From the IMG/VR virus record IMGVR_UViG_3300045988_162372: DNA of 64,000 nucleotides; one strand, given 5' to 3'. Position numbers and translations under genes: made by a program. This DNA comes from a virus. This document shows, in pieces, positions 42,712 to 51,772 of the stretch. The notes under the pieces are model-generated. The model ran no database searches. It was not told where the DNA came from and was given only the letters and a program-made list of their open reading frames with translations. Within the stretch, counting starts at the first letter, position 1. Every line of letters begins with the position of its first letter.

Positions 42712-45354
42712 TTAATCAGCCTCAATAGCAAAGGAAGGACGCACGTAATAGCTACCCCACTTAATGCCCCAAAAGCCCAGAAGCGCATAGTTCGTACCGC
42801 AATGCCAAGCATACGTGGAGCTACCCTCGGCAGAAGCCCAGTAAGTCGTACCATCTCTCATTGGATAGCAATTTCCTGTAGTATAACCACCTTCACCTGC
42901 AATAATCTTATCACATGCTTTCTTTATAAGATACATTTGAGTAAATTGATCCCATAAATCTGCTCCGTCAGGTAAGAAACAACGTTTATTGGCAACACTA
43001 CCAGAACCGTGTGATGTAAGATTGTACATATTTACGAATTCCACTGCATCATACTTATCAGTACCAGTCTTCAAGTAGCCACTTTCTGCTGTATATGTCG
43101 CCATACTTTTATCTACACGCCAATCATTGATAGCCTTTGTATATGCTTCACCATTATAACGAGTGGTATTTCTAGTTGCTGTTGCACCTTCTTCATCCCA
43201 TGTAAATTTATTGTAGCCAACTTCTACATTTGATGTATTGGTAATCGTTGTGATATCCTCAGCATTTACTTGTCCATTCGTCCACTGTCTTGTAGTGTCG
43301 TTTAATACAGTTGCATAAATCTTATGAACCGCACCACCCGCATCACTTGCAACTACGTTGCCAGCACCATTTGCAATAGTCGGTGTTGAAACAGTAGGAT
43401 TAATATAAGTATCTGCATACACAATACCAATGGGTACATTACTTGAACTATATTTATAGTCTTTAGGATCTACCATCGTGTTATCGGCAAGAACAATTGC
43501 ACCAACTTTACCTTCAGAGAATTTTCTGTTGCCATCACCTCCTAATTCAAGACAAACAGTATTATTATCGGAAAGATTTGTTTTTGCAAAAGCACCATAC
43601 CATCTTTGAATACCTTCATAAGTATTCCAATCAGGATTAGCTTCTGGAAGAGCAGATGCAAGTGCTGTACATCCGCCAAAAATGCCTCTTGCATTAGCAA
43701 CCTTCAAGTTTGCAAGACAAGTTGCAGGAATTGAAGTAAGACTTGTGCAGTTACCAAACATTCTTTCCATCATAAGGTTTTTACCAGTCATTGCTTCAAG
43801 CAATCCACTAGGAATTGAAGTAATACCGCTACCATAGAAAGCATCTCTACAGTTAATATTATCTGACTTGATATTATAGAAAGCATCAGAAGCAAATCCT
43901 GTAATACCCTTACAGTTGTAGAAAGCCTGTCTCATATCAGTTAATTTACTTAAACCTCCAATAAATTCTCTATCAACTGTACCAGTGATCGATGTACAAC
44001 CATAGAATAAACGATATATAGTCGTTACATTAGGACAATCAGCGAACAAATCAGATGAAATCTCACCATTCATTTTTGAACAATTTGCAAATACTTCTGA
44101 CGCATTCGTAAGTGCTGTTAACCCTGCAAACATTCCAGTAGGTATTGAGCCAGTCATATTGGTATTATAAGCAAACATACCTGCTACGGTTGTTACGTTA
44201 GGACAACCATCAATTATTTTAATAGGTATAGGCTCTGTTAATCCTGTGCAATCTCTAAAAGTATAAGAAAAGTCTGTTGCTTTTTCACATCCACTAAACA
44301 ATCCTTTATTAGTATTTGCATTAAACGGCAAACTCTTTAATGAAGTACATTTTCTAAATGCATATGAAAAACTGGTAACATCAATGAACGAGTTAGTAGT
44401 GTCATACATAGGGATATCAGCTAGTTTACTACATCCTCTAAATGCTGATTCCATATTTGTAAGCAATGTATTACCCCACGCAATAACAGCAATTAAATAA
44501 TTTCTCATTGCATAATTGTCACTATTAACGATATTAGTACCATCAGAATCCTGAACATATTCACCATCTTCAACCCAATTGGATTGATCATCGCCTTGTG
44601 TATAAATTCTCTTGTAAGTACCATTGATAGTTACGTCATATACACCTGCACTTGCATAAGTATGCCAAATAGCTGCTTTATTATCAGCATAAGATTTTGC
44701 TTCATCAAAAATGCATTCAGGACTACCATCACCCCAGTCAACCGTATAACTATAAGTTGCTGTTGTACTTGGTTCAAAACTACCATCATCGCCGACTGAC
44801 ATTGTTGAGATACCGCTCTCTGTAACGCTATAGCCTAAATTTTCAGCAGCAGCTATGAATTCAGCAGCTTCTTCTTCCGAAAGATAATTATCAATATCAT
44901 TCATAGGAATAGTAAAGTTACCATCCATGATGGTATTCCCATATACATCCTGAATTAAATGTTCACTATAATCTGGCTCATTATCTACAGGTTCTGCTGT
45001 ATCGCCAGGATTTAAGTCCATAGTTGCAGGATCCATAGCAATAAGTTCTTTTGCAATCGTATTTAACGTTGCACCATTGTTACCTGCTACACCAAACTGC
45101 ATAGGAAGTACAACTGTACGTTTGTATGTCGTTGTAGCTTCTGGAATTTGGAATTCCAACACCATAGCGTTGGCACTTTTCAAACGTCTGATAAGTTCTG
45201 CATAACGGGCAAATGTTTCCGTATCACTCACATTAGTAATACCATTAAAACGCAACGCATTTGCAATATCTTCTTTTGAGCTTGCAATATTTGCCTTTGC
45301 ACCTTCAAGCTCCTGATATACAGCTTCAAGTTTTGTTTTTATTACGTTCGACAT
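42712..45354 (-). CDS. DGR target: tail-fibre/receptor-binding-like protein with BspA-type LRRs and a C-terminal lectin-fold (DUF1566-like) variable tip
   Basis: 880 aa. The central part has repeats of the form F..C..L..IP (AFRGCSKLADIP, AFRKCTSLKSLP, FRDCTGLTEPIP, FANCSKMNGEI, FYGCTSITGTV, FYNCKGITGF). The C-terminus is TYWASAEGSSTYAWHCGTNYALLGFWGIKWGSYYVRPSF. Confidence 0.8.
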   Translation of the reverse strand: MSNVIKTKLEAVYQELEGAKANIASSKEDIANALRFNGITNVSDTETFARYAELIRRLKSANAMVLEFQIPEATTTYKRTVVLPMQFGVAGNNGATLNTIAKELIAMDPATMDLNPGDTAEPVDNEPDYSEHLIQDVYGNTIMDGNFTIPMNDIDNYLSEEEAAEFIAAAENLGYSVTESGISTMSVGDDGSFEPSTTATYSYTVDWGDGSPECIFDEAKSYADNKAAIWHTYASAGVYDVTINGTYKRIYTQGDDQSNWVEDGEYVQDSDGTNIVNSDNYAMRNYLIAVIAWGNTLLTNMESAFRGCSKLADIPMYDTTNSFIDVTSFSYAFRKCTSLKSLPFNANTNKGLFSGCEKATDFSYTFRDCTGLTEPIPIKIIDGCPNVTTVAGMFAYNTNMTGSIPTGMFAGLTALTNASEVFANCSKMNGEISSDLFADCPNVTTIYRLFYGCTSITGTVDREFIGGLSKLTDMRQAFYNCKGITGFASDAFYNIKSDNINCRDAFYGSGITSIPSGLLEAMTGKNLMMERMFGNCTSLTSIPATCLANLKVANARGIFGGCTALASALPEANPDWNTYEGIQRWYGAFAKTNLSDNNTVCLELGGDGNRKFSEGKVGAIVLADNTMVDPKDYKYSSSNVPIGIVYADTYINPTVSTPTIANGAGNVVASDAGGAVHKIYATVLNDTTRQWTNGQVNAEDITTITNTSNVEVGYNKFTWDEEGATATRNTTRYNGEAYTKAINDWRVDKSMATYTAESGYLKTGTDKYDAVEFVNMYNLTSHGSGSVANKRCFLPDGADLWDQFTQMYLIKKACDKIIAGEGGYTTGNCYPMRDGTTYWASAEGSSTYAWHCGTNYALLGFWGIKWGSYYVRPSFAIEAD
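42729..42851 (-). repeat. DGR variable repeat (VR)
   Basis: It covers the last ~41 codons of the target ORF. 13 of the 14 TR AAY codons are altered here. Confidence 0.9.
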
Positions 45355-45396
45355 AATTTGATAAAAATCTATTGTTATTATGTTATTATTTTATAA

Positions 45397-45984
45397 TTAG
45401 ATGGTTAATTGAGAATGTATCTCTTGCGCACGAGGCATCAATGTGCCATCAATATAAGATATTGCTTCATTGATTTCTTGCTCAACAGCACCTACTCTAT
45501 TCTCCAACGCTTGCAGGTTTTCGATTGCGCCACCAGTCATCTCGCTGATTTTCTGATTAAGCACAATACCTTGTGCGGCAGACAATGCAACATCACTTGA
45601 ATTGGTTGTAAGGTTGTTAGCGACACCACCATTAGCTGCATTGTTTAATTTTGTATCCAGTTCTGCCTGTTGTGCGGTAGAAATAGGTTTGTCTACGTCT
45701 GATGTGTTATCCACATTCCCAAGACCAACTTGTTCTTTGGTCACACCGTGAGGATTGTCATTACGTGCTTCATGCATAGCAAGAGATTCGCCGATTGTCT
45801 GCATCATACCGTTTATCAATACACTTACTACTTCATCATCGGCATTCTTTGTGGATAGTGTTTCAACACCAGAAGCGTAGTTGATAGCAATCTCACCATA
45901 ATTCAATTGGTCTGCGGTAGGTATTTTAGGATTTCCATCCTCAAGTACTACATTGCTTCGTTTGTTTAAAACTGTTCTACTCAT
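45397..45984 (-). CDS. Tail-fibre-like protein
   Basis: LNYGEIAINY at the N-terminus. The NPHGVTKEQVGLGNVDNTSDVDKPIS motif is shared with the next ORF. There is a coiled-coil-like C-terminus. Confidence 0.6.
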   Translation of the reverse strand: MSRTVLNKRSNVVLEDGNPKIPTADQLNYGEIAINYASGVETLSTKNADDEVVSVLINGMMQTIGESLAMHEARNDNPHGVTKEQVGLGNVDNTSDVDKPISTAQQAELDTKLNNAANGGVANNLTTNSSDVALSAAQGIVLNQKISEMTGGAIENLQALENRVGAVEQEINEAISYIDGTLMPRAQEIHSQLTI

Positions 45985-46020
45985 TGATTACTTTTGATTT
46001 TTAATAAATTAGATTATTTT

Positions 46021-46362
46021 TTAGACATTATCTTCACACCATTTGATACGTGCCTCTAATGCACTTGTATCTTGTGCTTGCCAAGCATCTATTGTATTAT
46101 TCATTGAATAGCCTTGTGCCGCACTCCACGGAACTTGTGATAGATCAATACTCTGGCTTTCCTCTGTGGAATTGTAGATGTCAGAGATGTCCATTTTCTT
46201 TGATAGTGCCTCAGACAATGCTGTGGAAATAGGTTTGTTTGCGTCTGCAACATTCTCAACCTTGTCCAGACCCCATATTTGTGCGTTTGTTACCTCATGA
46301 GGATTACTTGCAGCAATATGGGCATCATACTGTGTTTTTAATTCGTTAGGGTTTAATGGCAT
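46021..46362 (-). CDS. Tail-fibre-like small protein
   Basis: NPHEVTNAQIWGLDKVENVADANKPIS is a copy of the motif in 45397..45984. The first ATG is 46362; the track start is GTG 46368. Confidence 0.55.
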   Translation of the reverse strand: MPLNPNELKTQYDAHIAASNPHEVTNAQIWGLDKVENVADANKPISTALSEALSKKMDISDIYNSTEESQSIDLSQVPWSAAQGYSMNNTIDAWQAQDTSALEARIKWCEDNV

Positions 46363-46421
46363 TTCCACTTTTTTTAATTGTTATTATTCATAAGATTTCT
46401 CTTTTTCATCTAATTTCGGCA

Positions 46422-46429
46422 CAAAAATA
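46422..46429 (-). promoter_or_regulatory. -7 box TAttTTTG (minus strand), candidate promoter of the fibre/DGR operon
   Basis: The + strand CAAAAATA lies 60 nt upstream of the ATG at 46362. Confidence 0.45.
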
Positions 46430-46837
46430 GAAAGAACCAACAAACTATTATATGCCTTCTATGAATTAATAGTCTATCAGCCTTTGCAATTTATATGGAG
46501 GTACGAATGCCATTCCATATTTATATGCCGTCATGTATGAAACTGGTAATAACCACATAAGACTGATAATAATCAATCATTCATATATAAATATTGTGTT
46601 TTGACGAGAAATAATCAAGAAATCTTATAAAATATTCGTTTATTTTTTTAGTAACAATGAGTAATTCCAAGCATCAATAATATAATATTTTCAAGTAACT
46701 GATTATACATTAACGCTTTCTCACAATATTTATATTTCAGTTCAATATATTTGATATATAATTTCTCTTTAAGCATATATTTTCTTTTATTCTTTTCTAT
46801 TATTATATACTTCACAATGTCTATTTTCAATAGTAAC

Positions 46838-46879
46838 AAAAAAAAAACGTGCGATGAAAATTAATCCCACCACACGTTT
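46838..46879 (-). terminator. Possible terminator (minus strand)
   Basis: AAACGTG/CACGTTT stem with a long loop, followed on the minus strand by T10. Confidence 0.4.
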
Positions 46880-46906
46880 ATAATGAATGATTATCAAATA
46901 ATAATG

Positions 46907-47080
46907 TTATCTATTGTCATTCATCCATTTAATTGACTTATAGAGTTCGTTTATTGTCTTATCCTTAAAATGACTTTTTGAACTGATTTCTTTTATTAAA
47001 CCCAGTACCGTATCATTATGTGGATTATTCTTGTAGATTTTCTTGATTATATACTTTCGTTTCTCATCTGTCGTTTTCAT
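46907..47080 (-). CDS. Hypothetical small basic protein
   Basis: First ATG in the ORF 46907..47113 (the track start is TTG). Confidence 0.45.
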   Translation of the reverse strand: MKTTDEKRKYIIKKIYKNNPHNDTVLGLIKEISSKSHFKDKTINELYKSIKWMNDNR

Positions 47081-47093
47081 ATTTTCTTTTTTT

Positions 47094-47975
47094 CTATTTA
47101 ATTTCTGTGCCAAATTCTATTGCTTTTGCATAAACCTCATCATTTTTCAAGTCAATATCCCCAATGGATGCCATACAATCCTTGAGAATGGTCATTTTCT
47201 TGCATATCTCAGGCTTGTATGTAACAATATCCTTGATACTCTCCTTTACACAAAAGTCAGTTGCCACACCACAAATATAGACTTTATCATATGTGTTTAA
47301 TTTATCTAACAATTGGGTATTCAAAGTGGTATCATTTGTTTCATTCTTAAATTCTACTGGCGCATAGAAATCACCTTCCACTTTCTTTGAAAGTATTTCT
47401 TCAGATATATTGCCTATTGTTGGAATGTTTGTTGTTTCAAGAATATAAGGTGTATATATGCATCCATCCGCTACGCTATATCCTGCCAATGGGATTTCTG
47501 CTTTGAATATTGAATAATGTTCTGTATAAGGATTTGTTCCTTTCTTAATATATTCCACATTATCTTTATTCTCCAAAACTTTCTTTAACTCATTACATAT
47601 TTCACATCCCCATGTGTTTTCTACGCAATGTGGAGGCCATGCAATCAATTTTTTACCTTTTTTCTCCAATTCTTTCAGGTAAGCAATAAGATATGCCTTA
47701 TAATAATGCGCTCGTACTTTTTTGCTTAACACATCATCCAATGTTATCTCGGTAAACGGTTCAACGTGCTTGTTCTCGCTATCATACCAAAACTCCGTAC
47801 TTGCAATATTATTCTTTGGATGATAATCCCTTGAAACAAATATCTTATCAACATCATTCTCTTTTAGAAAATTTGCAATATTTTTTGCTACCTTATCTCC
47901 ATTGGGAACACAAAGACTTCCATTTTTATGAATGAAGTCATTCTGCATATCAATTATGACAATTGCTGTTTTCAT
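47094..47975 (-). CDS. pncA: Nicotinamidase / isochorismatase-family cysteine hydrolase
   Basis: AIVIIDMQNDFI...GSLCVPNG at the N-terminus and the catalytic-Cys context YICGVATDFCV. Confidence 0.8.
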   Translation of the reverse strand: MKTAIVIIDMQNDFIHKNGSLCVPNGDKVAKNIANFLKENDVDKIFVSRDYHPKNNIASTEFWYDSENKHVEPFTEITLDDVLSKKVRAHYYKAYLIAYLKELEKKGKKLIAWPPHCVENTWGCEICNELKKVLENKDNVEYIKKGTNPYTEHYSIFKAEIPLAGYSVADGCIYTPYILETTNIPTIGNISEEILSKKVEGDFYAPVEFKNETNDTTLNTQLLDKLNTYDKVYICGVATDFCVKESIKDIVTYKPEICKKMTILKDCMASIGDIDLKNDEVYAKAIEFGTEIK

Positions 47976-47981
47976 TATTTT

Positions 47982-48260
47982 TCAGATTATAATTAAATTG
48001 TTAAACATATCTTTCAATTCAGTTAACGAGATAATCTTTGAATTTTCAGTATTCATAATATCATCAATTTCATTCTTGTCAATAATAACCTCATTGTTTT
48101 GTATTTCAATTAGTGTTACGTTGTTTTCATGTCTAATATACACACAATCGACAAGGACTCCTTTTATGCTATTAATATCCTTAATAATATAAATGAATTT
48201 CTCATTTTCATTTATATCAGTCAGGATTATATGTAATATATTATCGTTCCTTACTACCAT
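47982..48260 (-). CDS. Hypothetical protein
   Basis: 92-aa ATG ORF. Confidence 0.5.
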   Translation of the reverse strand: MVVRNDNILHIILTDINENEKFIYIIKDINSIKGVLVDCVYIRHENNVTLIEIQNNEVIIDKNEIDDIMNTENSKIISLTELKDMFNNLIII

Positions 48261-48328
48261 TGCGATTTATGTGGCATATCTTTTATACAACTATACCCAT
48301 AACATAAGTATATGATAGTAATATTTTC

Positions 48329-48556
48329 TCAAAGTTTTTTCAAATTGATTATCTTGATTGGGTCTTGTTCCACTTTTCTCGTTGCGTAATGATAGATAAC
48401 CACTATTGAATCGTTAACTTTTATAACGTTAACATACCTATCTTCATATATGATATTCTTCCTCTGCTCCAGCCTTACTCGTTTAACGTCTTCATCTATA
48501 CAAGATGAAAAAGTAAACAAAGAACATAATACTATTAATGTAATTATTTTTCTCAT
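48329..48556 (-). CDS. Putative lipoprotein
   Basis: Signal peptide plus lipobox: MRKIITLIVLCSLFTFSSC. Confidence 0.65.
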   Translation of the reverse strand: MRKIITLIVLCSLFTFSSCIDEDVKRVRLEQRKNIIYEDRYVNVIKVNDSIVVIYHYATRKVEQDPIKIINLKKL

Positions 48557-49015
48557 TTATTTATTTGCAATCTTTTCAATCATATTATACAACTCCTCAC
48601 CAATCTGGTTTTTGAAGTACCTTCCTTTTACAAAATCATTATATACTTGTTTTCTAATACGTTTCCTCGTCTTTCCATCAGCATATTGAGGGCAATTCGC
48701 CATAACTAGAAAATCAAAATACCTGTTGATAATAATAGTTGCTGCCTGTGTCCTTGAAAGTTTAATGTTTGTTGCCCTTGCAAAGGGTGTTTCAATTGTT
48801 TTACTCATTGTGTTGTCATTCATTTCTTTAATTGCTGACTTTCTAAACAATAAATCAAAATAATTATCATACCAATTGCCAAGAGATTTGATTGCTGCAT
48901 CTATTATGACTTTCTTTTTTTCATCAACTGGCTTCTTGTTACCATTTTCATCAAGGGTAACGAAAGGTATTCTATAATATTTGGTAAAATATTCCTTATA
49001 TTCTTTTCTATCCAT
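48557..49015 (-). CDS. Hypothetical protein
   Basis: 152-aa ATG ORF abutting the next gene (TAAATG). Confidence 0.6.
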   Translation of the reverse strand: MDRKEYKEYFTKYYRIPFVTLDENGNKKPVDEKKKVIIDAAIKSLGNWYDNYFDLLFRKSAIKEMNDNTMSKTIETPFARATNIKLSRTQAATIIINRYFDFLVMANCPQYADGKTRKRIRKQVYNDFVKGRYFKNQIGEELYNMIEKIANK

Positions 49016-49036
49016 AATATATCTATATTTTTCTGA

Positions 49037-49426
49037 TTATTTTTGTTTCTTATCTCTAAAATTTGCATTAAATAAGTTCAATGCTTCAGACATACAAGCG
49101 ATAAAAGTCGATTTATGTAATATGCTCCAACTTTTATCAACTAAAAACCAAGAGCCGTCATCTTCTCCCAATACTGCCGTGAAATAAGATTTATTTTTCT
49201 TGTCAAAGATGATTGCAACTCCTGTCTCATATAATGTCAATGCATACGCCCTTACTGTCTCGGTATCTTCATAATATCTTGCAACAATTCCTCCTTTCTC
49301 CATTGCATGTTTGTAGCCTTTATAGACTTTGCCATTGTTAACAATGGAAATCTCTTCATAATCATCACTTTCTGGTGACCATGCCGTATCCTCTCTGATT
49401 ATTCTGTCAATTTCTTGCCTATTCAT
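49037..49426 (-). CDS. Hypothetical protein
   Basis: 129-aa ATG ORF. Confidence 0.6.
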   Translation of the reverse strand: MNRQEIDRIIREDTAWSPESDDYEEISIVNNGKVYKGYKHAMEKGGIVARYYEDTETVRAYALTLYETGVAIIFDKKNKSYFTAVLGEDDGSWFLVDKSWSILHKSTFIACMSEALNLFNANFRDKKQK

Positions 49427-49432
49427 ATGTTC

Positions 49433-49714
49433 CTAATTATGCTCGCTCGTATCTGTTTCTTCTCCAAATATCTCAACAGCCATCTCTTTTGCTGATTTTT
49501 CACCCTTTCTCCGATGCATTTCACACATTCCATGTCCATCCCTTGAAATGTGTATAAGACCATCGTCAGACTCATCTTTGAACACACCACAATAATAACC
49601 CATCGGAAAATTGTCAACCACAAGTAGATAACGATGAATGCAATTACAACAACAATCACCATTATCTACCCATGATTTTCGACAATCCTTATCTGTGTAA
49701 CTATTGATTAACAT
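49433..49714 (-). CDS. Hypothetical Cys-rich protein
   Basis: DCCCNC...GHGMCEMH; preferred over the overlapping frame 49423..49662. Confidence 0.5.
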   Translation of the reverse strand: MLINSYTDKDCRKSWVDNGDCCCNCIHRYLLVVDNFPMGYYCGVFKDESDDGLIHISRDGHGMCEMHRRKGEKSAKEMAVEIFGEETDTSEHN

Positions 49715-49733
49715 AAGACAATAAATTCGACCA

Positions 49734-50783
49734 TTAAATCTTGTCTTTCAAGAAATCCTTTTCAAGAACATCCTGCCCAAGATTTTCAACCATTGTTTCC
49801 CAAGTCAAATCATCAGCAATCGTGGTATCAATCCAATCGGCTATATAATAAAGTTTGTTCGAACCTGCAATCACACCGAAAAGTATAGGGTCTTTCGCCT
49901 TGTCAACCTCTTTCTTCTTCTCAGCAGGTGTCATCTCAACAGCGTTTCCTTGTGGATCATAATGAAGGATTACATAATTGTCAAACACTTCAAGCATATC
50001 AACTTCTATCTTCTTCTTGATGATATCCAACGGAATTGTTCTTACATAATTAGCAATGTAATCCAAAGACAATGCTTTAGGACAATTCTTTGCGAATTTC
50101 ACAAGTGTTTCCTCTGTAAGAACCCTATACATTCCCTTTGCATAGAGAATGGACTCGTATTTATTGATAATCAAGTTTTCAAACAGTTTTTCTTTCAATG
50201 CGGCTTGTCCAGTCTTCTCAGTATAACCTATACAAGCAACATATTCATTCAAACGGTTACGGTATTTGTTAGCTTCTTCACTACTACTCAGTTTCACATC
50301 TGCAAAGAATTTAACCACATCGAATTTCTGTATTGTTTGCTTCTCCTGTTTTTCTGCATTCTTTTTTCTGAAATATCTTTTTACTGTATTCCATAAGGTT
50401 TCTTTCTCAGGATGCTTACTCTCCCATCTGTCAACAGAAAGTACAAAGTTGTTTGCACTCATTGTAGTTTTCTCAATGTTATGACGCATCTTATCCGATA
50501 GTGTCAAGTTAAAATCCGTCATATTTTCTTTTGCATTATTTGCAAAATAGTCTCTCAACGTTTCATAGTTGATTTCAGCTAACTTGTTATCAAGCACCGT
50601 AAAGTCTTGAAGTGACATATTCTGATTAAACTCAGAATTGTACTGTTTATCCTTCTTTTTCGACGCTTTCTTCTCAGCCATTATTTTATACTTTGGAAGA
50701 TCTTGATCAAGTTTAATTGTATCAAGGAATAAATTAACCCTTGTCTGTTCTTCGTTCAAAATAGGAATTTTCTTTTTTGCCAT
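49734..50783 (-). CDS. Hypothetical protein
   Basis: The ATG at 50783 (MAKKKIPILNEEQ) lies 34 nt downstream of a -7 box. Confidence 0.65.
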   Translation of the reverse strand: MAKKKIPILNEEQTRVNLFLDTIKLDQDLPKYKIMAEKKASKKKDKQYNSEFNQNMSLQDFTVLDNKLAEINYETLRDYFANNAKENMTDFNLTLSDKMRHNIEKTTMSANNFVLSVDRWESKHPEKETLWNTVKRYFRKKNAEKQEKQTIQKFDVVKFFADVKLSSSEEANKYRNRLNEYVACIGYTEKTGQAALKEKLFENLIINKYESILYAKGMYRVLTEETLVKFAKNCPKALSLDYIANYVRTIPLDIIKKKIEVDMLEVFDNYVILHYDPQGNAVEMTPAEKKKEVDKAKDPILFGVIAGSNKLYYIADWIDTTIADDLTWETMVENLGQDVLEKDFLKDKI

Positions 50784-50816
50784 AATCAATTTAATTTTTA
50801 AAGTTTTTCTTTGCTG

Positions 50817-50824
50817 CAAAGATA
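50817..50824 (-). promoter_or_regulatory. -7 box TAtcTTTG (minus strand)
   Basis: The + strand has CAAAGATA. Confidence 0.5.
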
Positions 50825-50937
50825 TAACAAATACCTGAATTATAGAAGTATTTTAATGTAAAAAATGTTAAAGAAGAGCAATCTTTCTTATATAAGACTA
50901 CTCTTCTTCTGAAAATAAAATAATAGATTTATATTTT

Positions 50938-51162
50938 TTAATTATTCAATCTCACACATTCATTTGGAGGTAGGACTTCAAATGCTGATTCATCAAATGA
51001 CCCATATGTGCCAAATTTTATTCTTCTGCTGTTTGTTTCATTCATCACAACAGTACCCATATCTTCTTCGCTGAATAACACCACATAAGCCTTTCCATCA
51101 ATAAAATTTCTTCCCAAATAGGGATATTTTTTGGGTGTAATATTCTTATCGTTTGTCGCCAT
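50938..51162 (-). CDS. Hypothetical protein
   Basis: First ATG (the track start 51180 is TTG). Confidence 0.5.
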   Translation of the reverse strand: MATNDKNITPKKYPYLGRNFIDGKAYVVLFSEEDMGTVVMNETNSRRIKFGTYGSFDESAFEVLPPNECVRLNN

Positions 51163-51176
51163 ACTATTATTAAATA

Positions 51177-51731
51177 TCAATATTTAAGATTATCCATTCT
51201 ATGCATCAAATCAGCCGCATCACTATAATCCTTTTTCTTTTTTACATCAACTGATGCCTTGTCTTTCAAAGTTTCAATTGCCTTCAAGAAAGCATTATTA
51301 AACTCGTCCTCAGTACATTTGTTCTCGAATATGTCACTAAGGGTTATATATGATGACATACTACTAACTCTCAGAACGTGTTCGTCATTTACGTTTTCTA
51401 TAACACTCACTATGTCGGCAACAACAGCATTATGCCTAAAATCTGAAACCGATAGAATCTTAATGTAACGTTTGGACTGATTATCTTTATTGCATAGACA
51501 AGTATCTACCAAATTAACATTGTTCTTGATAATATATGCTTGATATGCACTCTCTTTCGCTTCACGTAGTGAATGGAGTGCATCATAAATCTCGTTTTGT
51601 TTCTTGTCATTTTCCTTTAACAAGATTATATTGGCATTGATTTTCTCATTCAATTCTTCAATAGACATATCATTTATGCCCTTACTGCAACTTTTTGTAT
51701 CACATACTTTTGCACAAACTTTATCACTCAT
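51177..51731 (-). CDS. Hypothetical protein
   Basis: 184-aa ATG ORF. Confidence 0.6.
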   Translation of the reverse strand: MSDKVCAKVCDTKSCSKGINDMSIEELNEKINANIILLKENDKKQNEIYDALHSLREAKESAYQAYIIKNNVNLVDTCLCNKDNQSKRYIKILSVSDFRHNAVVADIVSVIENVNDEHVLRVSSMSSYITLSDIFENKCTEDEFNNAFLKAIETLKDKASVDVKKKKDYSDAADLMHRMDNLKY

Positions 51732-51772
51732 TTTTAATATAATTTATATAAATCGTTATTATTTATGCTATC

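Larger units (their letters stand above)
40533..45354 (-). mobile_element. Diversity-generating retroelement cassette (target-avd-TR-RT)
   Basis: RT, Avd-like ORF, 123-bp TR/VR pair with adenine-only mismatches, and VR at the 3' end of a tail-fibre-like gene. Confidence 0.9.

Noticed and set aside
42642-42957. ORFs 42642..42854 (-) and 42646..42957 (+) over the VR region.
   Set aside because: They are out of frame or antisense to the 880-aa target ORF that fully explains this sequence.
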